Origin: Thalia democratica
Lineage: Eukaryota
Assembly: GCA_965202585.1 (NCBI GenBank)
Contig: CBDBBG010000298.1
Location: forward strand, 1-64,000
Direction: 5' to 3'
Length of the DNA: 64,000 nucleotides
A program made the position numbers and the translations under genes. Numbering within the stretch: position 1 is the stretch's first letter; the number at the start of each line of letters is the position of its first letter. The notes beneath the pieces were generated by a model. The model ran no database searches and had not been told where the DNA came from. It saw only the letters and a program-made list of their open reading frames with translations. Positions 22,501 through 36,090 of the stretch are shown here, one piece after another.

Positions 22501-25500
22501 GAACTAGTTTCATAAATTTGTTGAACTTGACTTAGAGTATAATATATGGATTATATAATACAAATATACATAATTTGTATTAAATATCCATCTTATAATA
22601 CTAAAAACCACAGTATAAATATGATCTTTGTATGTTACTTATGTACTTTTAACATTTGCTCATTAAATGATGGCAGTAATTAGTTGTATTAGAAATTAAA
22701 TTAAGAACAAAAATCTTTAAACAGAACAACAATTTACTTACTGATTTTTCACAAATATGATTTCAATATTTAACGAGATTGAAAACCTAAAACGCTCAGA
22801 AATTATTAAAATAAAACTTAAAAGAGTATTCAATATAACAGACTGGTACAAAAAAGACTAAAAGTGGGTTCATTTAAAACTAAAATCTTTAGTGAATACT
22901 TTGTAAGGTAAGGAATTTGTTTAAACAAGTATGATGCAGACATTTAAAAACTAGATTTAAAGATTCAATTGAATTTTATATTGGTAATAAACAGACTTTT
23001 TTAGTAAAATTGTCTAAGTAGATAAGGTAGTTCAAAGCAGGATTATTTGTAGTTATGAAGTGAAATTAAAGGAAAACAGTATTAAATCCGTAAACAACTG
23101 CTTCACTTAAATTAAGTATAAACACATGCACAAATTTTCAATAATCTAACGTTTAATTGCATCCAAAATCAAACCAGCCAAATAATTCTACAGATCATTA
23201 ATAATAAACAAAAACAATAATTAACATACGAATAACTTTGCAATAACTAAGAAAAAATTAGAACGTAAATGATAAAACATTAAAAGAAGCTCTTCATCAA
23301 TACATCTTGACACTTTAAAGCATATGTTATTAAAATTTAAAGAAAAATACCATACTTAATGAGACTATATAATGACGTAATAATAGTGTGTAATAAGACT
23401 AAATAAATTTCAACTAAAACACCTAAACTAAATGGATAAAAAAAGATATTTCGTTACTTTAATAATGCATACAATTTTATGTGGACAAGCTAAGACGTTT
23501 ATCATGAAAAATTTGAACTTGACTGAAAGTTATTTGCGCTTAAGAGAAAATGCTTTATTACTTGCACTTAAAAGAACTAAAACTATTTACAAATATTATT
23601 AACTAAAGAGAACCCGTGGAAAAGTTTTTAAATAAACCTTGGTATTTAAATTGTAAAGTTATTTTACAGTAACATCAACAAAACAATGAAGCGTTAACTA
23701 AAAATACATCTAAACCATGAGTAAAACAAACTTTATACTATAAAATTCACTTTTAAACCAAAATTTATCGAAGTAGAATTAAATCAAGAAAAAAATAAAT
23801 TTACAATATAATAACGGATTAGACTTATAAACAAACTTTAGAACAAACTCATGAAAAGCCAATTTTTTTTTAAACAGACTTTCAAGTAATTCTACAGTAA
23901 TAACAATTAAACTTAGTAACAACATTAACTAAAACATGATCCGTTTTTGGTTGGTAAGATGACCCGTAAATAATTTAAAACTAAAGAATATAAGGCTACA
24001 TAAATCCCCTTCACAGTTTTTTAACCTTTCTTTATATATAGATTTGAAAAAAGTACAGTAAAAAAATATAGATTCAGAAAAGTTTGAACCAAGTAGACGA
24101 GCTTTAAAACATGTAAAACTAAGGAAATTTCCAAACTAGTTGACAGAAAATAAAACCAAATTTTATAGAAGTAAATGGCACTATAAACAATTAAAATAAA
24201 ATACGACCTCGAAATTGAAATGGTTACTTAATTGGCATAGTTTTATAAGTATTTGGTTTAGAGTCATTATATTAGTGTAAAATAAGGTCATACTTATCGA
24301 TTTTGTTTATTACAAACCGTTTATTGTTTGAAACATAAGGTAAAATATTTATTAATAATTGGAATTAATTACATAATAGGTAAAATTCTTTTGTTCATTT
24401 AAATATGAAAAAAGGATATTTATATTAAATTGATGCTCTTTCAAACATACAAAATAAGAAGTTTCAATTCTTTTAAAGTGACTTAACAGCAAGTTTATGA
24501 TTAGATAAGACATTAGCAAAAATTATGTATGATATACACAACCTTGTAGACCAAAAACTTAAATGGCACAACATATACTACAGCTGAATAATAACATTAA
24601 ACAATGAGTCATAAATTCTCTAAGTGGGATGTATATTTGAACTGTAATTATTACTTGAAAAGACAGTTAATCTTTTAAGTTTATAGATATCAACATCATA
24701 TGAACCAGCGCAACAAGATGTTAATTAATGATTAAGTATTAATCTGTTAATTTACTTGCAGCAATGAAATATTTCAGAGTTAATTGCCATATATATATTT
24801 ATATCTATTATGTATATATACATAGTTTAATTAAGATACGCCTCGTCTAATACTTATTATGTACATATATTTAGTGTTGTTAGTGTCTATATTAATTATT
24901 CAAATAATATGCATATTACATATACAAATATAGTGTTAGTAAAAATTACTAAGTTAAACTGTATAAGACTACCGGGTTATGACGTAACATTTATAATTAA
25001 GTAAAAATACATGAAAAATTGTGGACAAAACTGTATTTCGTTAGTGGCTAATTTTCAAAGATTGCCAAAATTTATTTCCACAAATTAAGACGTAAACATT
25101 GACTTATGTAAACGGGAAATGTACATGGAAAAATTTAGCTTTGTTTCCATCTAAGTGACATAAATATCCTACACACAATATTGCAAAGATACTACTTACA
25201 AAAGTATACGATTTGTACTTTTAAGAATGCAATGTATTACATTAACTAACAATTATAGCATTTTTTGCCCAAACACTTTTTTTAAAGACAAACGACGCTT
25301 AAAACTAAGTAAGTAATCTACTTACGCTCATGAGTAATTTGTACAGGCTTCATCTGTTATCAATAAATACAACGTGGTGTGAAATTTGTCTGTTATACTC
25401 AATGATTTAAATATTAGTATTAAAACAGGGTCGCCACTCGTTTTTCTAAAGTTTTCCGAATTTCTTCCAGGATTTTAAAAATACACATGTTTGGGTCTAT

Positions 25501-28500
25501 TTTTAGTTTAAAGTTAAGTTTAAGGTAAGAAACTGTGTTAAGTAGTATAAAAATATTAAAAAGATACTGTAAAGCTACTTTAAGTATGTTTTTTAATAAA
25601 TTAAAACTTTTATTATGAAAAAACTTTTCTATTTATATGATAGATGTTTTGAGTAAAATCAAAATTTTACTACTAAACACATATAAACCATTAAAAATTC
25701 CACATTATTTTTAGTGGTTTTTGCCTAAATTGTCAAACTCCAGGTTTTTCCAGGTAAAGTGGCAGCCCTGTTAAAATCAAGTTTAGTTGCGCTAAGAAGT
25801 ACGAGCACATTCACTCGTACATCCAAGTCATAGGGTGCCAACAAACAGAGTGACGGGGCTTAAAAAACAATAGCAAAACAGATCAAAGTAGTAGAAGTGA
25901 GTTGGCGTGGTGTAAATAACTCTTCATCCTTTTTTAGGACCTATTTTAAGCGCTTAAATCATTATTGGTGACTAAAACATTATTACAAAAGAATAAAAAT
26001 TCAAATTAGTGCATTTAATCGTTTTCGGATTTTTAGTAGCAGATAAAAAATTAAAATTACAGTTACTTTAATGAAGTTAAATTAAACCCCAATCGTTGGA
26101 AAAGCCAGTAAAACAAAACGGAATGGACGTTGTTTAGATCAGAGTTTATCTAAAGCGGACAATATCGCCCTTTATAGGAGGCAAAAAACAGTGAGAAATT
26201 GAAAACGTAAATGGGTAATTCGACAGTAAAGGGACTTTTTAACTCGTGCCAAGGGTTAAATTTAGAAATTAGTTTGGAAAACCAATTTCAAGTTTGGAAA
26301 ACAATTCAAAATGTTTAAGAACTAATCCTATAAGCTTAGAAACAGTAAGGAAATAAACTAAAAATAAAATAGTATCTCAACAAGAAGATAAAATGGTTAA
26401 TTCAACCGAGAATTTACAAAAAAGTTTGTACAATTGATGCAAGTGGTTTGTAAATTTACCTAACTTTATGTGGACAATTTAAGACGTAAATATTTTTTAG
26501 AAGTATTTAAAACAAGTGGCTCATGACTAATTTATATCTGTTATCTTTCATACAACATTAGAGTGAAACTAGTCTGTTGTATCTTATAACTTCTAGTGAG
26601 AATAAAGTTTAGTTATGACTTAGAAGTACTAGCACACTTACTCGTACATCCAAGTCATAACTCAAAAAGGTGCCGACCAGCAGAGTAACCGGGCCTAAAG
26701 GACAAGAATTAAAAAAAAACTAAGGGCAGGCCGGAGAGATGACAGGTGCGAAGCACCGTGTCATCGACCGGCCGTAGCCCTTTGTTTTTTTTTAATTCTT
26801 GTCCGCTACCTCAACACTTACTAATCAAACTCATCAATACAAAACCACTCAGTTAATAATTGAAAAACTATAACTGATATTACCGTCAGGCCTTTAATGG
26901 TTTCACATCAATAAGTTAGATCACATAAGCTCAAGGTTAGTAAAAGATAACAGATAAAGACCGTACAAATACAACGCAATAACGTATATTTGTTTGGCAG
27001 TTACGCTACTCACGGTCCATTTGACAGAAAAAGAGGGCCTTCAAGAAAAAAGGCCGTAAAGAAAAAGAGAAAAGGAAAAGATGAAAATTTTTTCGCCGGC
27101 GGAGCCGGCGAAATGCCTTAAAAAATAAATTTTAATAATCTCCATCAAAAAATCTCATCACATTTTCGGTTTGGGGGAATCCCCATTTTTGAAAAATATG
27201 GGTGGGGGGCCTGAAAAATTTAGTGCGTACCCTATTTTCGAAAACCTATTTAACTAATGCAAATAATGTTTTACTAAAAATTAAGTGCATACTTTAAGCG
27301 GGTGTACCTTATTTTAGAAAACCTATTAAATCAATGCAAATATTGTGTTATTAAAAATTTAGTGCGTACTTTAAGCGGGTGCGTACCTTATTTTAGAAAC
27401 CTATTTAATTAATGCAAATAATGTGTTATTAAAAATTTAGTGCGTACCTTATGCGGGTGCGTAGTACTTAAAGAAAATCTTTACTTATAACAGAGAGAGT
27501 GTTATTAAAAACTTAGTGTTTAATTCTTAGAATGCGTACATTATAGATGCCTTTAATTCGTTAAAATTACATGTTTAAGTTAGGGTTAAAACCAAAAACA
27601 AATGAATACAGATACTACATCATCCTGGTTAAGTACCTAATGTTTTACATATACATGGAAAAACAGTTCATCAATCTCATAGAGAGGTGTACTTTTTAAT
27701 GACAGAAAATATAAAAATATACAAATATAAAAAGAAACAGACCTTTTAAATGTGTACACTGACAAATCTATTTATATGATTTAACTGTTTTTCTATGTAT
27801 ACTCAAACAATAGTCAGTTAACTTGCTTACGTAAATTGATTTTACTTAGATAACCTTTTAAAAACAGTATAAAATTTAAACTAATCAAAAATAAAAAACC
27901 ACTTGAGATTCATCTAAACAATTAAAATTACTTTGATTCAAGTAGTAACTATATTCTTGTCAAATAAAACTTTAAAATGGTAAAAAAAATTTTATATTCT
28001 TGTTTAACTTCAGTTTTATACTGTTCCTACTAAAGGATATCACTTTACTTGTCATGTAACTTATTAAGCTAAAGTTTATCCATGATAGTTAAATTGGTCT
28101 CAATGTAAAGTAATTATTTAGCAATCTCATAAATACAAAGGTTTGAGCTGTTACTACCATCACTACTTATTAACTGGTATACTTTAATTTACTTTATATA
28201 TTCACTAATAGACTTAAACTTTGAATGCTTACTTAATTGCTTTGTTTAATCACTGATCTCAGACAACTTATTGTGTGTTTCTTAAAGTGTGCATACAAAT
28301 TAAAGGTGTTTGAACTTATCATTTCAATACATTGTTACAAACTAAAACAGTTAAACCATACTACTTTGTGTCATTAACATATGTTTATTAGCCTGTAGTT
28401 CATTTCAAAGTTTGTCAAATACTTGCATCATTTGAAATCTTTATGGCTGTATATTTATACTATTACCAAAATTGAGTCTTTACATTTGTCATATACATAT

Positions 28501-31500
28501 AACACAACACAGCAAGTTGTTGATAAATGCTTATTAGTCAAACATATGAACAAAAGAAATTATTGATAGATAAAAGAACAGAAAAGAAGTTAGTGATAGA
28601 AGAAGAGAAAAATTAAACAAAGGTGAGAATAAACCTCATACACTAACAACCTTTAAATTTTGCTTGCTGTGAAGTGCTTTGTAAATATATGAGTGTAAAC
28701 TTAAAATTTTGGAACATTTTGTTTACTAGCAAACCTAATCCTGATATGGTTTAACTGTTTTCTTTTGTAAAAAAATGAATAAATAAAACTTTATAACAAT
28801 TAAAACAGTTTTGAAACTAATAACAATTTTGTTTTAAAATTACTCTTCCTACTTATCTTTTATGCACACTTTAAGTAACTCTTATTACAAATTATTAATT
28901 TATAAATATATAAACTACATTAATACAATCAGAACTAACCAACTTAATTTTTATGTTGTAAATAAACTTCTACACTTACATTAGCTTGCTGTCTCTTTGG
29001 GCTTCATTCATAAAAACAAAACTTCTTTACACAAGCTTATAAAGTTTACCACAAATGTTGCTACTTTTAAGTGATTTTATTTATTTTTGAGTCTTATTTA
29101 AGTTTTCTTTTAATTTAAGGTATCCTAGTAATCTTAGGAGAATGAAGCCCAACAAAACAAATATATGTTTATGGTATCAACTCTATAAAAAGAAAGAACT
29201 AGTCTGAATTTGTGCAAAATTTAATTAACATATAAAGCTTAATGTTATTTAAGCATGAGAACTCAAAAAATTTAATAGTAACAAAAGGACTTAAATAAAT
29301 AGAAAATCTAAAACTTAAAGACAAATATCAAGATTTATTGTAAATACCCAAAAAACCTTAACTTTGTTACTAAACATTCAACTAGTATTACTGGTAACCC
29401 TAGCAAAAAATACTAAGTTTTGCACAAATTAAAACAATCTAATTAACTATTAAACAAACTAACTTGAACAGCTGCTGTAGTAGGTACTCATCTTTAATCA
29501 GAATCCAAAAAAGTGTGATCCATTGCCTAATCTTAAGATGTAGGAGAAAGCCAAAGTTACAACTTATAAAGACCTTTGAAAAAACCTAGAAGTTTAAAAA
29601 TTTTACAGAGGTTCAAAAGATTTTTCATAAGAATTCTTTTGAATTTTTCTCTACTCAGTTCACTTTATAATGATGTTTCAAAGATTTCAAAGACTGAAAT
29701 GCAAGTTTTTAAAGCCTCTTGATGATTTTTTTTTCATCAAGTAAGCCAATTGATCTTGTCTGAACATGTCATGCTTCTAGTATAAAAGCTTGTCACAGAT
29801 TTTATAAATAAAGATATATGCATTCTGTGATGAATCAGAAAATAAAATAAAGATTTTTCAAAGGTTTTGCATGAGAAAAATAATATAGATTATCAACATA
29901 AACTTTTAAGACTGTTGAATGCCAAACTAGGTCAAATGCTTTCTTAAAATTACTCACACAATATAGAAATATAAGAATTCTTTTGAATGTTTCTCTACTT
30001 ATTTCACTTTATATTGATGTTTCAAAGATTTCAAAGACTGATGTGCAAGTTTTTAAAGCCTCTTGATGATTTTTTTTTTGCCTCAAGTAAGTGCATTCAA
30101 GCCAATTGATCTTGCTGAACATGTCATGTTTGTGAGTATAAAAACTTATCACAATTTTTATAAATAAAGATATATGATTCTGTGATGAACTAGAAGATTA
30201 AATAAAGAATTTTTTCAAAGCTATTGCATGAGAAAAATAATATAAATTATCAACATAAACTTTCAAGACTGTTTGAATGCCAAACTAGGTCAAATGCTTT
30301 CTTAAACTTACTCACACAATGTAGAAACATATAAGACTTTTAGAAGATAAAATGAGCAACAATCATCAAGTTTTATCTTCAAAAAATATTGACAATCAAA
30401 TAGAGTTTGCTTAAGTACAAAGCTCACATAAACAGTATAAAAAAGAAAAAAAAAAGTTTCAGAGTTACTTCACACCTACAGCATCTAAGGTGTTTTTACT
30501 ACAAGTGCTTTTCTCAAAAGAAATATTCATTGAAAAAAATATTTTGCAAAGTACTATTTTATTGTGATGTCACATTAAAATGTAAGACTTTAGAGAATTC
30601 ATAAAAAACTACAAATTGAAAACACTATCTTAGCATGGCAGGGTGGTTTTTAGCTTTTTCGAAAATAAAATGCTTTATTTTACATAATGTTAAACCTTAA
30701 ACTTTTTTTTGTAAAAGATAAACTGTTTTAATTTCATTCTTATTATTCATTCTTTTTTAAGTTTTTCGTAGTTTCTACCTTTTTACTACATTGGCGATAA
30801 CTGGTTAACATATTGTATAATATTTAAGCTACAGTAATTCATTAAGCTCGTATAAACTACATTGACAACTTATAAAGACATATAAATTAAGCGTTTAACT
30901 CTTAATTTTACAAAATAGTTTTCTTTTTTTGTTTTTTTTTTTGTTTTGTATAAGTTTATTACTTAACAATTTGTACAAGATTGATTATATTTAGCAAAAA
31001 GCCTTTATCTCATCAGGTAATAGCATTAAATTTAACTTTTGCAAAATCATTTTACTTATTATTTAATTTGAATCGTTTTGCCATATTAGCCAAAACTATA
31101 CAGTTTTGTAGTCATTGATATAACAACTTTTTGAAGCAGGTAGAAAATAAAAAAACCATATTGTGCATAGTGAGTGAATGCTAAATAAAGACACACTTAT
31201 CAAAATATTTATGTCAAATTTTAAATGTGATCAAAATGAAACTTGTCAAATTCCAAGTTTGTTGGCTGACTTGTTTATAAAAACCTACGTTCTGTTTAAA
31301 AAAAATACATTAGCAATTATTACAAACTTTAACACTAGTAACCGTTAGTTTTAGTATTATTTTTTACTATTAGATCTATTTTAATGAAACATTCATACTA
31401 GTTGAAAGTTTAAAAGAATTACAATGTTAGAGCAAAAGGTCTTTCTATATACTTAATTGTTTAAATTGGACACATTTTTTTGTTTTTAATAACAAGAACT

Positions 31501-34500
31501 TTTATTATTTACGTTTTTTTAAGGAACAAATTGAGATCGCTACATATTTCGAATAAGTTTTGTTTCTAAAACTATGAAAGTTAAAGATGCGTAAGACCCG
31601 GTCTAGACAGAAAAATACCAAATAGACAGAAATAAGAAACTTTTAATTTTGAAATTCTAACTTAAAAGAGCAATTGCTAATACAGTTATCATGCAATCAA
31701 AAATAGCACCCTGCAGCAATTGTATAGTTTATAATTAATCTTTCTACATTCACTAATGTCAAACCTACACTTTTTAGTCTTCATTCTATTATCAACTTTC
31801 TATAGTATGTAATCAGCTTGTTTTATTCCTTAATTTAAAGCCACTAATGTTTTTTATTTTAATATAACAGTTTCACGTTCAGTTTTTTAAGAGCCTAAAC
31901 CCATAGTGTTTGTTTAGTATTTTATTCAAATCATTGATTAACTTTCTAACTAACATAATTTACAATTTCTTACCTACTTGTTTTGCTTTATAGTATCTTC
32001 CATGTTTTGTTTAACTTTTATTTTTCAGATTTAAATTGTGACTGAAGATCCATTAAAGGGTTAAACTTAGTTTCTTAAATAAAAATATTAAACAATTAAT
32101 GTTGTATATTAATTATTTACTCAAAACTTTTGTTTTTATAATTTTTACTTTTAACAACTACCAAAACATGCGTTTTGAACAAGAACATAAACTTGTGAAT
32201 TTTTGGGAGATTAGTATAGATTAATCTCATAGAAAATATATCAGGTTGTTAAAAGATTTTTTTAGTGAAATGTTTTGTATTGTAAAATTTAATTTAAAAC
32301 TTTATCCAAAACTGTCGAAAATATGTAAGCCAAGCAAAATTTTGTCTTTTTAATGTGCTCAGGGTTGCCACTGGTTTTTGATAAATTTCTTTCAGCTTTT
32401 TGAAAAGACACGTTTTTGGGTTTGATTTTAGTTTCAAATTGAGTTGAACTTTAAAAACTGTTATAAGTAGTATAACAACATTGAAAAGATACTGTAAAGC
32501 TAATTTAAATGTGTTTTTCAATAAAAAATATTTTGATGATGACAAAGTTTTCTATTTATATGATAGATTTTTCGTTTCAAATCAATACATACTACTAAAA
32601 ACGTAAAAATTGTTTAAAATTCCGAGTCTTTTTTAAATGTCTCAAATTCCAGGTATTTTTCAAGGTTTTTAGCCTAAATTGTCGAATTCCAGATTTTTCA
32701 AGGATTCCAGGTTTCGTGGCAACCCTGTGTACTGATGATTTTTGTAATGCTTGAGTTTTTTAATTTGAGATTTGAGTAAATATATAAAACAGTTTACATA
32801 AGTTGATGATTAGAGTTTTTGAAAGATTTATCATGTGCGTATTTAGTATTTAGTTTAAATATAAAGTATATATCAAATAAGCTGTTGCCAAATGCACAAC
32901 TAAAAAGAATTTTTACACATATCAAAAAATATAAAAACAATTCATTAAGGTTTATAAAATTTGTAAAAGATAGTTTCATATATTTTTAGAAAAATTACTT
33001 AAACACTGTGATTGTAGGAATTTACAAAAATGTTTGATACATTAGGTAAGTAATTTATTAAATAAAAGTTCTAACATCAGAATTTTTTTTTGTAAAAAGA
33101 ATTTATACAAAAACATAATAAAAGCAGCGAAAATTAATAAAATATCACTAAAGTTTGGTCGAATGTTAATAAACTGCGTAAATCTCAACAAAATTAAAGT
33201 AAAGAAATTTTGGACAACTTAATCGTTGTTAAATTAATTAAATAATCCAGGAATGATCAAAAATGTGCAAACAGAATAGTACTGCCATATGTATATGAAT
33301 AAAAAATCATTTTAGTACAATAATTACAAAAAAGTTTCAACTTGTGTAAGAACAATGTTAGTAAAAGCACTTTAGGTGAAATAGACAATTTTTTTTTTGT
33401 TAAAAGCTTAATTGAACTTTTAGGTTTTTTTAATTTTCTAAAACTTTCATTTGATGTCACACAATAAACCACAATTATTATTTTTTAATAAATTTTAACT
33501 TTGAGGTTTTTAGAATAAAATTTCAAAAACAAACAAAAAAAAATCACTCCTCCTTATTTTCAGGTGATTCGCTTTCTTTCTGAAATTTCCTCATTTTCGA
33601 CCTGAATTTCTTCTTCAACCTGATTTTCCTCCTGAACTTCTAAAACTGCTTCCTCCACAGCATCTTCCTGGATATTTTCTTCAACATCATTTTCATTATT
33701 TTCTTTTTCTTTTGTTATTTCTTCGACTTTATCTTCAACTCGGTCCATCCTCTCACCTAAACTGCACATCGCCTGAAAAAATATTTATGTCTAAAAATAT
33801 CGTTATTTTTTTGATTATTTATATACTCTTTGAGTGTAACTAAAAAAATGAAAATAATATTATTATTAAAGAGTAGATATGAATTAATTAGGAACGGTTT
33901 CGATGTTTTATAACTAAATTAATCAGTTTTTGTGACACAATTATCATTTTAAATCATGTTCAGTCTGTTTAATAACTAAAAAAATCTTGAAACAAAAACT
34001 TATTTTATTAAAAAAAAAAATTCGGTCGTTGCAAGTTTCACAAAATTATAACACTTAAGTAAAATTTTAAAGAACTTAACTATGGTATGAATTGTGGTAT
34101 AAATTTTCAATATACTACACACCATTTATTTTACGTTTTTAACAAAAAAAATTATAAAAATAAAAGCTTTACTATCTTCAAAAAAAAAATCAAGTACTGT
34201 AAGCTTCATAAATTTTTACTCGAAATTTGACCGACAGAGTAATATTTTAAGATCTGGTGTGAACTTCTGCTATGTTGTATTTTACTTTTTCAATAAACTA
34301 CACACCAGTTATTTTACGCTTTTCATATATAAGTAGCCACTTATTGTTTTTAAAAACATAAAAAAAAACTTGATAAAGCATGTCACAATTAAAGCAAATA
34401 TATCTAACCTTTTAGTTATATCATACACACTTTGTAAGATACTTGAAAGGATCAATCAAAAAGTCACGCAAACAACAAAGAAATATAGCAATTTATTTTG

Positions 34501-35910
34501 AAATAATAATAAGTCATGTAAATAATAACAAGTTATTTAATTTATCAAAAGTTTTCAACAAACCCTGTTCAACAAATCGAGCTGTCCCAAAATCTGCTCC
34601 AAAATTTGATCGGTTTTATTCTGGGGATTACCCTCATTTGGGGTTGAGGCCCCTTGATTTACCTGCGGGGACTCGGCCCTGCTGGGTTCCGGCTCTGGGG
34701 TGAGGGTCCCCGAAACTTCCGGGATCTTCTCGGGCGGTTGCTGGGGCAACGGAGGGGGCTGGGCGGACTCCACGGTGACCACCCCGATTTTGGGGGTTTT
34801 ATTTTTTACTTTTGTGGCCAGTTTCTTTCTGGCTTCGGATATTTTTGTTGACGTGGACGCCTTCAGGTCCTCGATCGTCGAAATTGAATCCTTGGAAAAA
34901 AACAATTACACAAAAGTTTTAGTTTATATTTATAAAAATGTTTTTGCTTTATTCGTTGAAACTGAATCTTGAATTTTTTTTTTACTTTTATTTTGTTACT
35001 TCTGCTAATTTACTGTTTATCTGATAAACTGCTTCATTTAAAAGCAGTTTTGTACTTTTTTAAATAAACTATGTGTTTACAGTGTTTTAAATATTTATGA
35101 TGTTCCTGTTTACTCTGTTAAAAATTTTGCAGTATTTAGTTGGTGTAAAATCTCAGATGAACAACAAATATATAACAACAATGTTCAACCTAAAATGATT
35201 TTATTATCAAATATTAATTAAGTAAAATGTTAATAAAAATTTATCATCGCAAAAATTTTCAACTTAGTTGAGCTACATGTTAAACGTAAAAATAGTTATA
35301 CTAAATAAAAAACTCATTAATAAGGAAATATCTAATAAAACTAAACATACTTCTTCATCTGCAGCCAAATCATCTTCGTGGGCAACTTCTTGTAGTGTTT
35401 TCTTAATTGGTTTGTTTTCTGAAAAAATTATAGTTGTTATGTTTTTTTTAATCAATTAGGGACTTATTTTCTTAAATTAAATGTTTTTATATTTGGCTTG
35501 TTTTATGAAAAAAAGTTTACTACTTCTTGAAAAGCTTTTTTAACATACTTCTAAAATGATATTATATTTACAACTTATTGTTATGTTTTTTTTTTGTTGG
35601 ATTATTTTCTGTTAAACTTTTATTCATTATAACTTCTAACAATATTTTATTACTTCCTGTTAAAAAGTTATATTTACCAGGAATTTAGCTATCAAAAAAA
35701 CTATTTATTATCATACTTAAATTATATATCAAATTTTTTATATACTAGTAAAATGTTTCTTCTTCATTTATACTAAGTCTTCAATAAATCAAATTTCAAA
35801 CTGCAATTATACTCAAAACATTTTATTAAAACTTCATCTTATATCCTATTTTATGCCTCAAGTTACTACAACTTTACTCACATTACTACAAAAACTATTT
35901 GATTTTCAAA
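18881..35910. repeat. Tandem macro-repeat unit B, ending in a diverged segment that lacks ~2.2 kb present in the other units
   Basis: Colinear with unit A up to ~35230. 35230-35865 is a visibly diverged paralogue of 16560-17215, then the sequence joins directly to the equivalent of position ~525. Confidence 0.93.
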
Positions 35911-36090
35911 CCAACTTAATATGGAGTTGTTGGCGTAGCAAACCGGTGCCTGGTACCTGGAACTGTCCTGACTCATGCACGGAGGGGCGGAACTCACGCA
36001 GGGCGGAGCCGGATGCCCGGATGTCATCTTCTCGATCCTGAACTGTTCCATGTGCTCCGGATTGTCGAAATTCGTCTTCCAAACAAGTAC
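33544..36090 (-). pseudogene. POC1: POC1-like 3' half, copy G3; exons 36090-35916, 35418-35351, 34890-34564, 33772-33544; lacks exon 2; apparent +1 frameshift in the acidic tail
   Basis: Same exons as G2 minus the symmetric 150-nt exon 2, so the frame is kept. The exon-5 frame ends at 33560 (...EEISERKRIT*) because of one extra base in TGAAATTTCC; this could be a homopolymer error, so pseudogene status is uncertain. Confidence 0.65.
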
